From IMG/VR virus record IMGVR_UViG_3300033153_007620, positions 1 through 59,687 of that record: DNA of 59,687 nt. One strand, given 5' to 3'. The first letter of the stretch is position 1; every line of letters starts with the position of its first letter. This DNA comes from a virus. Its lineage: Duplodnaviria > Caudoviricetes. Below the pieces are notes generated by a model. It was given only the letters and a program-made list of their open reading frames with translations. It was not told the DNA's origin and ran no database searches. Positions 47,087-58,789 of this stretch are shown in pieces. Made by a program: the position numbers and the translations under genes.

Positions 47087-47469
47087 CTGACCTCCTTGTT
47101 GAGGCAGTCGAAGTCGTATTACGTTTAGACTCTAAAAACGATAAAGGAATTTCTCTTCGGCAGGAATTAGGGCAGGTATGGTCAAGTCTAGGTGTTAAAC
47201 CTAAAGAGCTTGAAGAACCTGCGGTTCCCATTGCAGGGGAGTTCCTATTTACAGTATTTTGGGAATTATGGAAAAGAGAAGATGGAGTATCTTGGGCATC
47301 TCTTTACTACTATCAATTGATATATAATATTGAGTTTAGTGGTGAAGAACTCTCTATTTTAAAAATGATGAGTAATCATGCTCAAATGTGGATGCACAAC
47401 AAAGAGAAAAAGAAAACACAACCAAGTGCTCAAAAAGGGAAATCAAGACACGTTCCACGAAGAAGGTAG
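46691..47469 (+). CDS. Tail assembly chaperone gpGT-like, programmed -1 frameshift product
   Basis: T TTT TTA at 47071-47077, stem-loop GACTG.CCTC/GAGGCAGTC 7 nt later, -1 frame open to TAG 47469. Confidence 0.8.
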
Positions 47470-47475
47470 GTGAAT

Positions 47476-50400
47476 ATGGCAGATTTAGCAAAACTAACGG
47501 TCGAGGTTACAGACAAAGGCGTTTTAATTACTGCCAAGTCATTACGCAAATTAACTACAGAAGCAACAGGTGCCGGAACAGCTACAGATAAGTTAAATGC
47601 AAAAAATAAGAATTTAAATAAGACTCTGAAAGATAGTAAGAGAAGTTTATTAGATCAGTCATCTGCTTTTAAAATCGTGGGACGTGATATGTCTCGATAT
47701 TTTACAATACCATTGTTGGCAGCAGCAGGAGCCAGTTTAAAATTTGGAAATGATTTTTATTCTGGATTGGCAGGTATTGAAACCCTGATACCGGATACTG
47801 CTGGAAGGATAGATGATCTGGGAGAAGCAATTAAAGATACTGCTGTTGAATCTGGAAAGAGTTTTTCGGATTTGACTGATGGTATGTATCAGGTGATATC
47901 GGCTTTTCAGGATAGTGAAGATACTATTGCACGTTATAATACAGTTGTTAAGGCTGCTGTCGCAGGTAATGCAAGTACAAGGAGTTCCTTAGAATTGTTA
48001 TCTGCTGTTACAAAAGGTTATGATGATACAACAGCTTCAGCTGTAGATAGGGTTGCGGATTTAGCATTTGAAACAATAAGATTGGGGCAGACAACATTTC
48101 CAGAACTAGCTGCCTCAATACAGAAAGTAACAAGTTTATCTTCTGAATTAGGTGTGAGTCAGGAAGAATTGTTTTCAGTGTTCGCTACACTGACAGGTGT
48201 GACAGGAGATGCTGCCGAAGTATCTACACAGTATAGAGCTATACTAGCATCATTGATGCGTCCCACTGCAACTCTGGCAAAATTGTATAAGGAATTAGGA
48301 GTTGAATCAGGTAAAGGAGCTGTAGAGCAATTTGGGTTTGGACAGACAATATCTCTTATAGTAGAGACGGCGAAAAAATCAGATATACCATTGCAATCTT
48401 TTATTAGAAGGATCAACGGTATTGTAGGTGCACAGGCATTAGCAGGTGCACAGGCAGATACTTTCATTGCAAAGCTGGAAGAAATAGAAGATGCAGCCGG
48501 AGCAGCAGATAAAGCATTACATGCTGTTACTGATGGGGTTAATAGATTTGGACATGATATTAAAAAAGCCAGAGGAAATTTGGCAAATGTTGGTGTGGAG
48601 ATATATGATGTAATCATACCTGCCCTTACCTCATTAGTTACAAGGATAGCAGACGTTGGACAGAAGTTTCTTGATGCAGATAGTATGACACAACAATGGT
48701 TGATAAGAATGCTTGGAGTAGTGGCAGCAACAGGACCTGTTCTGATAGCCGTTGGTTCTTTCTTGCGTTTAGTACAATTATTAAGTGTAGTAGGAATATC
48801 AGTTCAAGTAGCATTGGCAGGACTTATTGCTATATTTGCTGCCTTAGCCATAGCTGTTGCTCTATATTCTAAGCATGTTGTTGAAGCTAGAGAAGAACAA
48901 GAGGCTTTAAATGAAGGATTACAGCAATTAGCTCAAGATGCCAATTCAAGAGCCACTTCTTTGAGTACTTTATCAAAAGAATATAAAGGAATGACAGATC
49001 AACAGGAAGTAAACAGACATTTGAATGAAGAGCTTATTCGCTTATACCCAGAATTAGATGGATTGATAGATACACACATCACTAAAGTTGGTGAGTTAGA
49101 AAGTATTTTAGCAATGGCTGAAGCAAGGGAAGCATTAAAAGCAGCTCCCAATATATATGCCACACAAATAGCAGATGCAAAAGAATTTGCGGACACTATA
49201 AAATATGCAGAAGATAAGTTGGCAGAATTTAGAGCACAGAAAAAAGAACTTGTTGGTGGTTTAGATGAGGGGGAAGAGCTTACAGGATTAGCTCTTTCGA
49301 AGTTTCAAGATGCAGAAGCAGCGTTAGTTAAATTTGGGGCTTTACGTAAGGAAGCTGAGGAAGGTATTGTGGCTATCGCTGAAACAGCAGACTTAACAGC
49401 CCATGCTACAGGAATAGATGCTTATTTTACTAAGTATGGGGTAGGATTCCGTCTGTTAGCGGATATGGCTGGTGATACATCGGATGAAATAAATAAAGAA
49501 TTAGCAGAAGCACCTATCTTAAGTGATGCCTCTAAAAATAAAGGATTAAAGACTTGGGAAGAATGGTTTGAAGCTATAACTGATGTTGCAATTGAAAGAT
49601 TTTCTGATTTGGAAACTATTGCTGATGATGCAGGGAATACCCTTATACAAGCTATAGCAGGAACAGGAAAAGGGAAATTAGCAGGAGAAGCTTTCATGTC
49701 TGATTTGCAAGGAGCCATTGAAGATAAAAAAATGTTAGCTGATATAACAGGTATCACATTTGATATGGAAGGTGAGCTGGGAAGTATGTCTGGAGTTATA
49801 GAATCTGCGATATTAAGATTAATGGCAATCAAAAAAGAAGCTATAGCAAGTGGGAAAGCTTTTGAATGGATGGATAATAGTATTACAATATTAACAGATG
49901 GGCTAATAGATACTGAGGAAAAATTTAAAGATATTCAAAAGATAAACTTTCTAAAAACCATTAGAGATGAAATTGACGCCTTAGATGATTATAATATAGC
50001 ATTAGGACAACCAACAAACTCATTTGACATGTTGGGAGATAAAGTCAAAATATACCAAGATGCTGTAAGAGATTCAATAGAACTTACAGGAGAAGATTCT
50101 GAGACTACAAAAGGATTGGTAGAAGATTTAGCTAGATTAGGAAATGCTTATGCACAAACTGCTGTAGAACAGAAAAAATTAGCAGATACAAAAAGCCCAT
50201 TTGAACAAGCTAAAGAAGACATAGTGGATGTATCTGAACTTATACGAGAGGATCTATTTGATGCTTTTAGAGAGCTTGGAGATATTACAGATGGACTTGC
50301 ATTAGTCCTTGCTGATATAACTATTGCAATAGCAAATATGGCAGGACAGCAAGCATTAGCAGGAATAGAGAGTTTTGGAAATGCACTAGCTATGGGAGCA

Positions 50401-51018
50401 GATGCAGGAGAAACATTCAGGTCTGTATTAGCAGAGATGGCTATGAGTATACTTGAAATACTTCCTATGTTATTTATACAAGCAGGACTTCAATTAATTG
50501 GTCAGGGACAAACAGCCGTAGGACTTGGATTGATAGCAGCAGGATTAAGTTCCTCCTTTATATTGGGAATCACCAAAGGTGTTCTTCAATCTGAAGAAGA
50601 AAATGCAACAGCTAATGCTAATGGAAATGCTTTTAGTGGGGGAAATATTGTTGAATTTGCCAAAGGTGGAAGCTTCACGAACTCCATTGTTGACACACCT
50701 ACAATGTTTCAGTTCGGAGGTGCGTTGGGAAAACTAGGAGTTATGGGCGAAAAGTCGGCGGAAGCCATACTTCCTTTGTCCAGAACATCTTCGGGGGAAT
50801 TAGGTGTAAAAACAACTGGCAGTGGAGGCTCTAATGTAGTTGTAAATATCATTAACAATTCAAATGCACAAGTTGAAACCTCAGAAAAAGAAACTCCCGA
50901 TGGTAAAGAAATAGAAGTTGTAATTAGTACTGTAGTAAAACAAGGACTAGCAAATGGCAATTATGACGATCAGATGAGTTCAAGGTACGGAACAAATGTC
51001 AAAGGTATTGCTAGTTAA
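47476..51018 (+). CDS. Tape measure protein (TP901-family core)
   Basis: FETIRLGQTTFPELA; long Ala-rich helical body; lambda-H-like C-terminus (FAKGG..GVMGE..EAILPL.R..G.LGV). Confidence 0.9.
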   Translation: MADLAKLTVEVTDKGVLITAKSLRKLTTEATGAGTATDKLNAKNKNLNKTLKDSKRSLLDQSSAFKIVGRDMSRYFTIPLLAAAGASLKFGNDFYSGLAGIETLIPDTAGRIDDLGEAIKDTAVESGKSFSDLTDGMYQVISAFQDSEDTIARYNTVVKAAVAGNASTRSSLELLSAVTKGYDDTTASAVDRVADLAFETIRLGQTTFPELAASIQKVTSLSSELGVSQEELFSVFATLTGVTGDAAEVSTQYRAILASLMRPTATLAKLYKELGVESGKGAVEQFGFGQTISLIVETAKKSDIPLQSFIRRINGIVGAQALAGAQADTFIAKLEEIEDAAGAADKALHAVTDGVNRFGHDIKKARGNLANVGVEIYDVIIPALTSLVTRIADVGQKFLDADSMTQQWLIRMLGVVAATGPVLIAVGSFLRLVQLLSVVGISVQVALAGLIAIFAALAIAVALYSKHVVEAREEQEALNEGLQQLAQDANSRATSLSTLSKEYKGMTDQQEVNRHLNEELIRLYPELDGLIDTHITKVGELESILAMAEAREALKAAPNIYATQIADAKEFADTIKYAEDKLAEFRAQKKELVGGLDEGEELTGLALSKFQDAEAALVKFGALRKEAEEGIVAIAETADLTAHATGIDAYFTKYGVGFRLLADMAGDTSDEINKELAEAPILSDASKNKGLKTWEEWFEAITDVAIERFSDLETIADDAGNTLIQAIAGTGKGKLAGEAFMSDLQGAIEDKKMLADITGITFDMEGELGSMSGVIESAILRLMAIKKEAIASGKAFEWMDNSITILTDGLIDTEEKFKDIQKINFLKTIRDEIDALDDYNIALGQPTNSFDMLGDKVKIYQDAVRDSIELTGEDSETTKGLVEDLARLGNAYAQTAVEQKKLADTKSPFEQAKEDIVDVSELIREDLFDAFRELGDITDGLALVLADITIAIANMAGQQALAGIESFGNALAMGADAGETFRSVLAEMAMSILEILPMLFIQAGLQLIGQGQTAVGLGLIAAGLSSSFILGITKGVLQSEEENATANANGNAFSGGNIVEFAKGGSFTNSIVDTPTMFQFGGALGKLGVMGEKSAEAILPLSRTSSGELGVKTTGSGGSNVVVNIINNSNAQVETSEKETPDGKEIEVVISTVVKQGLANGNYDDQMSSRYGTNVKGIAS

Positions 51019-51082
51019 AGAAATAGATAGAGCATAAGTTACATTATGCTCTATATTTAAAACAAATAAAAAGGAAAGAGCT

Positions 51083-51808
51083 TTGGGATTTACTAAAGAA
51101 GATAAGATAGAAAGGGATGAGTTATTTAGCAGAGGTTTAAAAAAATGCAGTAAATGTAATAGGATAAAACAAACATCTGAGTTTCATAAAAGTAATAAAG
51201 AGTTTAATAATCTACGTTCCGTATGTAAAGAATGTAGAAGCACACACATTCATATTCCAATAATTGATTTGCCTAATGAGATATGGAAAGATATTAGAGG
51301 GTACAAAGGATTATATCAAATTAGTAATATGGGTAGAATCAAAAATCTTAATTATCAGAGAAGTGGAAAAGAACAATTAATGAAATTAAGAATGGATAAA
51401 AAGAATTATTTATATATTAATTTGTATAGAGAGAATAATGATATAGTTCGGTCTTTTCAAGTCCATAGATTAGTACTTATAACATTTGTTGGGAATTGTC
51501 CAGAGAATTTTGAGTGTGATCATCTTGATAGAAATCCATCCAATAATAAATTAGAAAATCTTAAATGGAAAACAAAAATAGATAACCTTAAAAATATGGG
51601 AGCACATAAAGATAGTACTAGTAAATTTAAAGGTGTGTGTTGGGATACATCCAGAAAGAAATGGTTAACTACTATAAGTATTGCTAAGAAACAATACCAT
51701 TTAGGTAGATTTAATAATGAAATAAGAGCGGCAAAAGCATACGATGCAATCGCTAAAGAAAATGGATTTACAACCAATAAAATGTTAGGATTACTAAAAG
51801 GAGTTTAA
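51083..51808 (+). CDS. Zn-finger-NUMOD4-HNH-AP2 homing endonuclease
   Basis: EIWKDIRGYKGLYQISNMG; CDHLDRNPSNNKLENL; TSKFKGVCW..AAKAYD. Confidence 0.85.
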   Translation: MGFTKEDKIERDELFSRGLKKCSKCNRIKQTSEFHKSNKEFNNLRSVCKECRSTHIHIPIIDLPNEIWKDIRGYKGLYQISNMGRIKNLNYQRSGKEQLMKLRMDKKNYLYINLYRENNDIVRSFQVHRLVLITFVGNCPENFECDHLDRNPSNNKLENLKWKTKIDNLKNMGAHKDSTSKFKGVCWDTSRKKWLTTISIAKKQYHLGRFNNEIRAAKAYDAIAKENGFTTNKMLGLLKGV

Positions 51809-51809
51809 A

Positions 51810-52193
51810 ATGGCAACATCTATAGATTGGACCTCGACACTTCCGCAGGCTTATGAGAAAGGAAGCTTCTCTTCCAATTTACAAGGAAACATTCTGCGTA
51901 CGGATATGGATGCAGGGCTGTCAAAAGTCAGAAGATTATATACCGCCGTCGCAGATGATTATACTGGAAATATGGTTTTTACAGGAACACAGAAAATTAC
52001 TTTTGAAGCTTTTTTTAAATCTTCTTTAGGCTACGGAATTAACACTTTCAACTTCCCCTGCCCCTTCGATTCGGGAGCAACTACAGTTGAAGTACGTTTC
52101 AAGATCGATACAAAATCTTCCCCATATACAGTCTCCCCTCATGGAGAGACACAGGATTGGGTAATAAATCTTAATTTAGAGGTAGTGCCATAA
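51810..52193 (+). CDS. Distal tail protein (lambda gpM-like)
   Basis: W...LPQ..LRTDMDAG..KVRR..FEAFF..L..G..F. Confidence 0.7.
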   Translation: MATSIDWTSTLPQAYEKGSFSSNLQGNILRTDMDAGLSKVRRLYTAVADDYTGNMVFTGTQKITFEAFFKSSLGYGINTFNFPCPFDSGATTVEVRFKIDTKSSPYTVSPHGETQDWVINLNLEVVP

Positions 52194-52669
52194 TGAGTAG
52201 AGATGTAAGCAGCGCTGCAAGAACGGCAATCAATGCTCCACAGACATCAGAAGTATTTTTAGTAATACTGGAAATAACACATGATGGTCTCCCTGCTCCA
52301 ATTAGAGTAGTCAATAATAATGAGGCAATAGTACATGATGGTGATACTTATTTAGCCACAGCATTTAGGTTTACAATTCCTTCTCAGGAAGATGGTAAAA
52401 TAACAAATAGCAGACTTATTATAGATAATGTGGATCGTGTAATTGTTGAGGCTATAAGATCTATACATACTCCTCCTAATGTATCAGCCAGTGTAATTTT
52501 AGCAAGTAATTCTGATATAATTGAAGCAGGACCATGGGAGTTTAAACTAAGAAATACTACATATAATAGGTCTACAGTTTCAGGTGAATTGGTATTTGAA
52601 AGTTATATGCGAGACAATTGTGGTACTATTAAATATAAAAATACAAGCTTTCCGGGATTATTTGGATGA
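52193..52669 (+). CDS. Tail tip protein (DUF1833 / gpL-like)
   Basis: EVFLVILEITH..PIRVVNN..IDNVDR..FPGLF. Confidence 0.75.
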   Translation: MSRDVSSAARTAINAPQTSEVFLVILEITHDGLPAPIRVVNNNEAIVHDGDTYLATAFRFTIPSQEDGKITNSRLIIDNVDRVIVEAIRSIHTPPNVSASVILASNSDIIEAGPWEFKLRNTTYNRSTVSGELVFESYMRDNCGTIKYKNTSFPGLFG

Positions 52670-53064
52670 GCATTGATATTAGTAAATATATTGGAATACC
52701 TTATAAAAGCAAAGGATATACTCTTGAAGGGGCAGATTGCTATGGCTTAGTCTGGTTATTTTTAAAAACAGAAATGGAAATAATATTACCAAAATTTGAA
52801 GCATATGATCCATATGAAGATAAGCAGGAAGTAGCTAGACAGATGAACTTAAATATTCCCTTACTACTAGGCGAAGAAACCAATCTTCCTGAATTTGGAG
52901 ATATAGTTTTATTTAAATTTGGGGGTATTTCAAGTCATCTTGGTATTTACATGGGGAGCAATAAAGTACTTCATATTTTAAGAGGAACAAATTCTACGTG
53001 TGAATCATACATTCGTGGGAGATTAAAAGGAAGATTAGATGGAATCTACAGACTCAAAAAATAA
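52666..53064 (+). CDS. NlpC/P60 tail assembly protein (gpK-like)
   Basis: YIGIPY..G..GADCYGLV..GDIVLF..HLGIY..LH. Confidence 0.85.
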   Translation: MSIDISKYIGIPYKSKGYTLEGADCYGLVWLFLKTEMEIILPKFEAYDPYEDKQEVARQMNLNIPLLLGEETNLPEFGDIVLFKFGGISSHLGIYMGSNKVLHILRGTNSTCESYIRGRLKGRLDGIYRLKK

Positions 53065-56000
53065 CATAAAATTAAGTATAGTACCAAATCCTTTTAAAGT
53101 AAAAAGGACTGATTTAGATGTAGAAAGGAAATCATTTAGAAATTTATTTGAAGAGCATGCCAACACTTTTTTACCTATTGAACATGCTCTTATTATAGAT
53201 AAAGATATTAAAATAGAATTTAAAGATTATGATAATTTACCAGAATCAGAACATGTAATTATTAGAATGCTTCCTGCCGGAGGTTTATCCCCAACTGAAG
53301 AAATTGGAGCTGGGATGAAAGTAGGTGGGATTGCTTTACATGTATTAGGACTTCTCTTTTTTATTCTTACTGCCGGTACTGGAATAGCTATTAGTATGGC
53401 ACTGATGGGGACAGGTGTAGCAATGTTTCTTTCTGGTGTAGCAATATTTAATTCAGGCGTTCCAGATCTGGCAGATAGGGAACAAACAAAACAACTGCCT
53501 TCCATTCATGGTGCTTCAAATCAAACTAGAATTGATAGCATGGTTCCTATATTATTAGGTAAACATTTATTGACTCCAGATAATGCAGCAATCCCATATA
53601 CTGTTATCAGTAATAATGATATGATTTTACGGCAATTATTTTGTGCAGGTTATAATGATGTTGTAATTGATGAAAGTACAATTAAGTTAGGAAATACTCT
53701 TATCGATACACTGGATGATCCACACGGAGATGCTGTATATGATATCCAAAGAGACAGCACTTCCCCTCTATATTATCCTGAAAGAATTGTAGAAACTCAA
53801 ATAGGTGCAGAAATAAAATGGGAAGAAGGAGGAGCATCACCAGAGGACATAATACGTACAACCAGTACCAATACTAATAAAATCAAAATCGCAATAAGTT
53901 GTCCCAGAGGGGTAGTTAAATACGATGATTCTGGAAATGCTAAAGAACACACTGTTGCTTTTATAGCATTTTGGAAAGGACATGATGAACCTGATGCTGC
54001 ATACCAGCGTTTTGATTTAGGTGTTATTACGGGTACTAGTTCTGAAACAATTAGAAAATCATATATTAAAACTGTAGACAATATAACTCCAGCAGGAACG
54101 GAGTGGAATGCAGATAGACAATATGATATAAAATTACGGAGAGTATTCTATAATAGTACTTCTACTAAAATAGTTGATAAAATGTATTGGGATAACCTTC
54201 AATCATACACAGGTATTTTTGATGATGTCAATCCCCCTAATACACGCCCTATACTTGAAGGCATACAGGCAGAATTAACAACAATATCTATAAATGTCAG
54301 AGCAAGTAAAAACTTAACTGGGATTGTTAATAATTTAAACTTTGTAGCACAATTGCATACAAAAAAATATAGCGGATCAGGAACAGGACCAACACAATGG
54401 ACAACTGTAGGAGCAACTTCAAATCCAGCATCAATGTTTTTATATGTGTTACAAAATTCACATATAAATCCTCATGCAGATAAGGTTACAGACGCTAAGA
54501 TTACAGACGCTAAGATTGATTGGGAAGCATTAGAGACATGGTATACATTTTGTGACGATGTAGAACACCAATTTGAATGTAATGCTGTATTGAATGCCAA
54601 CATAACAATGGAATCTATGTTGAACAGTATAGTATCTACGGGCAGAGCTACGTGGTTAACTATTGATGATTTATATACAATTGTCATTGACACATATAAA
54701 GATAATCCTGTACAGATGTTTACACCACGTAATAGTTGGGGATTCTCAGGATCAAAATTATTTGCAGATAACCCTACTATGTTGAGAATGCAATTTATTG
54801 ATGCAGATACAGGATATACCCCAGCAGAAAGACCTGTATACTATGATGATATCACACCTGATGATTCTATCAGTCAGTCTGCCACATTATTTGGTGTGAC
54901 AGACGCTACACATGCCGGAAAAATTGGTAAATACATGCTGGCTGTGAATAGATTACGTCCAGAAGTATATACCTTTAATGTTGATATAGAAAATATTGTA
55001 TGTACAAAGGGAGATAGGGTTCTATTTTCCCACGATGCTGCTTTGTTGGGTTTGTATTATGGGCGTGTACGGGAAATTACCACAGATGCAGGGGATACTA
55101 CTGGGTTTATTTCAGATGAATATCTTAATTATGAAAGTGGGAAAACTTATTCTGTCAGAATAAGAAAAGAAGATGGAACTATAATAGATGAGCCTATTGT
55201 AAATCAAGTAGCATTTACAGAAGATGTTGAGTTCATGAACCCTATAACAGGAGAAGATGTAATTCAATCTTCTGATTTATTTGTATATGGGGAAACAGGG
55301 GAAGAAACACTTGACGTAATAATTGCAGCTATATCCCCTAAAGATGACTTATCTGCTACTCTAACTTGTATAGAATATAATGAGGATATATACACCGCAG
55401 GTGCTATCATTCCAGATTATGATCCTTTAATCAGTATTGGGGCAGAAGGTGCACAGGAAGTTAATTTTGACACACTGTATGATCCTGAACAGGATATTAT
55501 AGATCTAGGTGCTCAACGTGCTATCGATTCCGGTAATATAGAAAGAGCTGGCTTGGCTTTATTAGCAAGTAGACCAGATGCTTTTAGTACAAATAATAAT
55601 GCATCAGAACTTTGTATAGTAGATGACGGACGTATAGTATATGTGGGTAGAGATGATTCTTTATTGTATAAGACAAGAAAAACAGATACATTTGCAGGAG
55701 AAGTGATATCTACAGTAGTAGCAAGTAACCCATATCCTGCCGGAGCAGATGTCTTAAATAATTCCAGAGTTCTTTATGTTAATTTAAATGATAATAGGAT
55801 ATATTTAAAAGATATTACTGACACTGCCACAGGAGCAGCTGTTACAGCAACAGCAGGATATAAGCCTACATATATAGGAGATGATGAATTTCTTTATTTG
55901 AATGAATCAGGATATCTTTACAGGGGGTTAATAACAGATTCCTTAGATGGAACAGCAGTTACTACATTCCCTATTAATGACTATGATGTCATAAGTGGGA

Positions 56001-58780
56001 TTGAAATTGTTTATGCTAACATAGCTGATGGGAGTAAATTATATGTAAAGGACAGCACAGATGATAGTGTAGGAACAAAGATTGGAGACACCCCAGCACA
56101 TAGTATTACTTATTCTGCTCTTGATGATGTTGTTTATTACATTAATTATCTGGATGATTTTAATGTATATATAAAAAATGTTACAGATATTGCAGATGAT
56201 GGTGATCCAGTATACCCAACAGCATCTTCAGCATTCTCGGATAACAGTGGTAATGTAGTTTATATTTCATTATTAGATGATAGTAATATCTACAGTGGAT
56301 TGGGAAGATTAGCTCTCGAAAATGGGTATTTGGAAGCTTCTCCATCAGAATTACTTATTAGTGGAGATCTTACTCTTAATAGCAAAAAAATCACTAACGT
56401 AACATCTGAGGCAATTGATCAACTTGCAAAAGGAGATAAGGTTTATCATAGTAAAATACCCTTAGATGCTTCTATAATATTCAGAGGAACCAATTATCTG
56501 GTAATGGACGCACCTGCGACAGACAGTGAAATAGGTGCTGCTATACAAGTAGTTGGAACGAGAGTTATATTGGATGCTGATAGAGTTATAATTGATGGTA
56601 CAATAGTCGCTAATTTATTAGAAGCAGGTGCTATTAATTCTAAAGAAAGAACAACATTAGATACATTTAAAACAGAAATAGATTTAGATGATGGGACATA
56701 TATATTTAGAAGAGACAATGGGACATATGTTTTAGATTTCGATGCTGATAGGACAGGATCAGAATTAAAGATTAATGGTACTATTTTCTTAGAAGATGGA
56801 AGTCTTGGTATAGATGGGACAGGTGTTCCTACAGCTACAGGCTTGGATAATTATTATGATAGTGTTAATCCTGCTAGTATACCCACAACACCAACACTTG
56901 ACGCAGAAGGATTCTTTAAAAGCATTAAGCTTACATGGAATGTACAAAGTGATTTACAATGGCTGAAGCATTTTGAATTGCAGGTGTCCGATGATGAAGT
57001 TGATTGGTATTCTCTGCAACTTGATGGTTCTGATTGGAAAGACACACTGGATGCTCATACAATTGTATTGGAGCATCATTTCAAGCATGATGATATACCA
57101 TTAGAAGCAGGTGCTATTGGGACAACATTATTTTATAGAGTTAGAAGGAGAGCGCAAAATGATAACATTAGTTCTTATTCTACCACAGCAAGTTCTGCTA
57201 CAACAGGAATGGGGACAGCAGATATAGTAGCAGATGCTATTACTAATGCAAAAGTAGCTATTAATGCTATAGACACACTTGAGATAGCTGATAATGCTAT
57301 AACAGCAGACAAGATTATAAGCAATGCGGTACTCACACAAAAACTATCTGTTGTTGCACGTGATTATGTTAATAATATCACTACATCAGGAGTGTTAGAT
57401 AGTTGGGGAAATATAGATGAGGAAGGTGCAGGTACTCCTGTTAATCTTTCTTTATATGCAGATGGAACACAAGGAGATGTACTTAGATTAACAAATAATG
57501 GGAATGCTGGTTTACGAAGCCAATCATTTAAGATTAACCATAATAAGATTTATAAAACTACAATAATGGTGAAAAAATCTAGTACAGATGGTTTAATTTA
57601 TTTTGGGTTATCGTCATTCACCACAGAAACAGGGGGACTTGACAGTACTGGTGATGCTCAAGGAACGGAGACTATAAAGAGATATGATGCCACAACTAGA
57701 GCATTTATTACATCATCTGTAAATGGGTATTTTACATCAGGTTTTGATTCTACTACTTGGATAGAAGTAACTTCGTACATTGTAGGAGCAAACAGAGATG
57801 TTAATGATTGTCCTCAAGCATCTGCTACTACAGATTATATACTGCAATTAGTGAATACTACTACAGATATAGCATTACGAATTTTGAATTGGGGGAATAC
57901 ATCCAGTCAAACACTTGATATTGCTTCACCTGCGGTGACAGAATCAGGAGCAGGACAGATTGTGGCAGAGAATATTGTAGCAGAAACAATTACAGCAAAT
58001 AAGATAGCAACAGGAACTATAACTGGAAATGAAATAGAAGCTGGTGCTATTACAGCCACAGAGATAGATGTTGCAGATTTATTTGCAGAATCTATTACAT
58101 TAAATAGTGGTGGGTATATTCAAGGTGATTATGTTGCTGGTACATCAGGATTTAGAATAAGCAGCGATGGAACTGCGGAACTTAACGAAGGTACATTCAG
58201 AGGAAAGCTTCTAGTAGAAACTACAAGTGAAACATATAATAATGTAGTAATTGAGGATGGTGCAATAAGTTTTACTGAAGGTACAACATTTGGAGGAACT
58301 GCAACAAATAAAATTTATTCTTCTGGTACATTATTTGGGGGAAGTATTATTTTAGAACTTCCTTTTCGTAGGTTATTTTTTATAGATTCCGCATTAGTAG
58401 CGCAGTTTACTCCCGAGGATGATGAAGTTTGGGATATGGGAACAACCTCAAAAAGATGGAAGGATATTTATTGTAGAGACTTGTATGCAAGTACTAATGT
58501 GACAGTTGGAAATAATCTTTATATGACATCTCGCATATACCCAACAACTTCACCTGCTGATGTGGTATATTCTAGAGATTCTGGAGTGTACCAAACAGTT
58601 CCAAGAGGAGTGTATGTATGCTCAAGACTAACCACTAATGGTGATCATATAAATTGGGAACAAGCAGGATCTGGAGTTTGGAATTCAGTAGAAAGTGGTT
58701 GTCTTTTGTCTAATGGATCAAATTTAAGATTTAAACAAACTAGTGGTGGGACAAGAATAATAAATTTAATTAGATATTAG
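53039..58780 (+). CDS. Central tail fibre / host specificity protein (gpI-gpJ-like)
   Basis: 1913 aa; SNPA, PVQMFTPRNSWGF, KGDRV; beta-propeller-like insert, FN3-like domain, ITADKI repeats. Confidence 0.85.
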   Translation: MESTDSKNNIKLSIVPNPFKVKRTDLDVERKSFRNLFEEHANTFLPIEHALIIDKDIKIEFKDYDNLPESEHVIIRMLPAGGLSPTEEIGAGMKVGGIALHVLGLLFFILTAGTGIAISMALMGTGVAMFLSGVAIFNSGVPDLADREQTKQLPSIHGASNQTRIDSMVPILLGKHLLTPDNAAIPYTVISNNDMILRQLFCAGYNDVVIDESTIKLGNTLIDTLDDPHGDAVYDIQRDSTSPLYYPERIVETQIGAEIKWEEGGASPEDIIRTTSTNTNKIKIAISCPRGVVKYDDSGNAKEHTVAFIAFWKGHDEPDAAYQRFDLGVITGTSSETIRKSYIKTVDNITPAGTEWNADRQYDIKLRRVFYNSTSTKIVDKMYWDNLQSYTGIFDDVNPPNTRPILEGIQAELTTISINVRASKNLTGIVNNLNFVAQLHTKKYSGSGTGPTQWTTVGATSNPASMFLYVLQNSHINPHADKVTDAKITDAKIDWEALETWYTFCDDVEHQFECNAVLNANITMESMLNSIVSTGRATWLTIDDLYTIVIDTYKDNPVQMFTPRNSWGFSGSKLFADNPTMLRMQFIDADTGYTPAERPVYYDDITPDDSISQSATLFGVTDATHAGKIGKYMLAVNRLRPEVYTFNVDIENIVCTKGDRVLFSHDAALLGLYYGRVREITTDAGDTTGFISDEYLNYESGKTYSVRIRKEDGTIIDEPIVNQVAFTEDVEFMNPITGEDVIQSSDLFVYGETGEETLDVIIAAISPKDDLSATLTCIEYNEDIYTAGAIIPDYDPLISIGAEGAQEVNFDTLYDPEQDIIDLGAQRAIDSGNIERAGLALLASRPDAFSTNNNASELCIVDDGRIVYVGRDDSLLYKTRKTDTFAGEVISTVVASNPYPAGADVLNNSRVLYVNLNDNRIYLKDITDTATGAAVTATAGYKPTYIGDDEFLYLNESGYLYRGLITDSLDGTAVTTFPINDYDVISGIEIVYANIADGSKLYVKDSTDDSVGTKIGDTPAHSITYSALDDVVYYINYLDDFNVYIKNVTDIADDGDPVYPTASSAFSDNSGNVVYISLLDDSNIYSGLGRLALENGYLEASPSELLISGDLTLNSKKITNVTSEAIDQLAKGDKVYHSKIPLDASIIFRGTNYLVMDAPATDSEIGAAIQVVGTRVILDADRVIIDGTIVANLLEAGAINSKERTTLDTFKTEIDLDDGTYIFRRDNGTYVLDFDADRTGSELKINGTIFLEDGSLGIDGTGVPTATGLDNYYDSVNPASIPTTPTLDAEGFFKSIKLTWNVQSDLQWLKHFELQVSDDEVDWYSLQLDGSDWKDTLDAHTIVLEHHFKHDDIPLEAGAIGTTLFYRVRRRAQNDNISSYSTTASSATTGMGTADIVADAITNAKVAINAIDTLEIADNAITADKIISNAVLTQKLSVVARDYVNNITTSGVLDSWGNIDEEGAGTPVNLSLYADGTQGDVLRLTNNGNAGLRSQSFKINHNKIYKTTIMVKKSSTDGLIYFGLSSFTTETGGLDSTGDAQGTETIKRYDATTRAFITSSVNGYFTSGFDSTTWIEVTSYIVGANRDVNDCPQASATTDYILQLVNTTTDIALRILNWGNTSSQTLDIASPAVTESGAGQIVAENIVAETITANKIATGTITGNEIEAGAITATEIDVADLFAESITLNSGGYIQGDYVAGTSGFRISSDGTAELNEGTFRGKLLVETTSETYNNVVIEDGAISFTEGTTFGGTATNKIYSSGTLFGGSIILELPFRRLFFIDSALVAQFTPEDDEVWDMGTTSKRWKDIYCRDLYASTNVTVGNNLYMTSRIYPTTSPADVVYSRDSGVYQTVPRGVYVCSRLTTNGDHINWEQAGSGVWNSVESGCLLSNGSNLRFKQTSGGTRIINLIRY

Positions 58781-58789
58781 GGAGATAGT

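Noticed and set aside
47388-47591. 67-aa ORF between chaperone and TMP
   Set aside because: Overlaps the -1 chaperone extension and the TMP start in another frame
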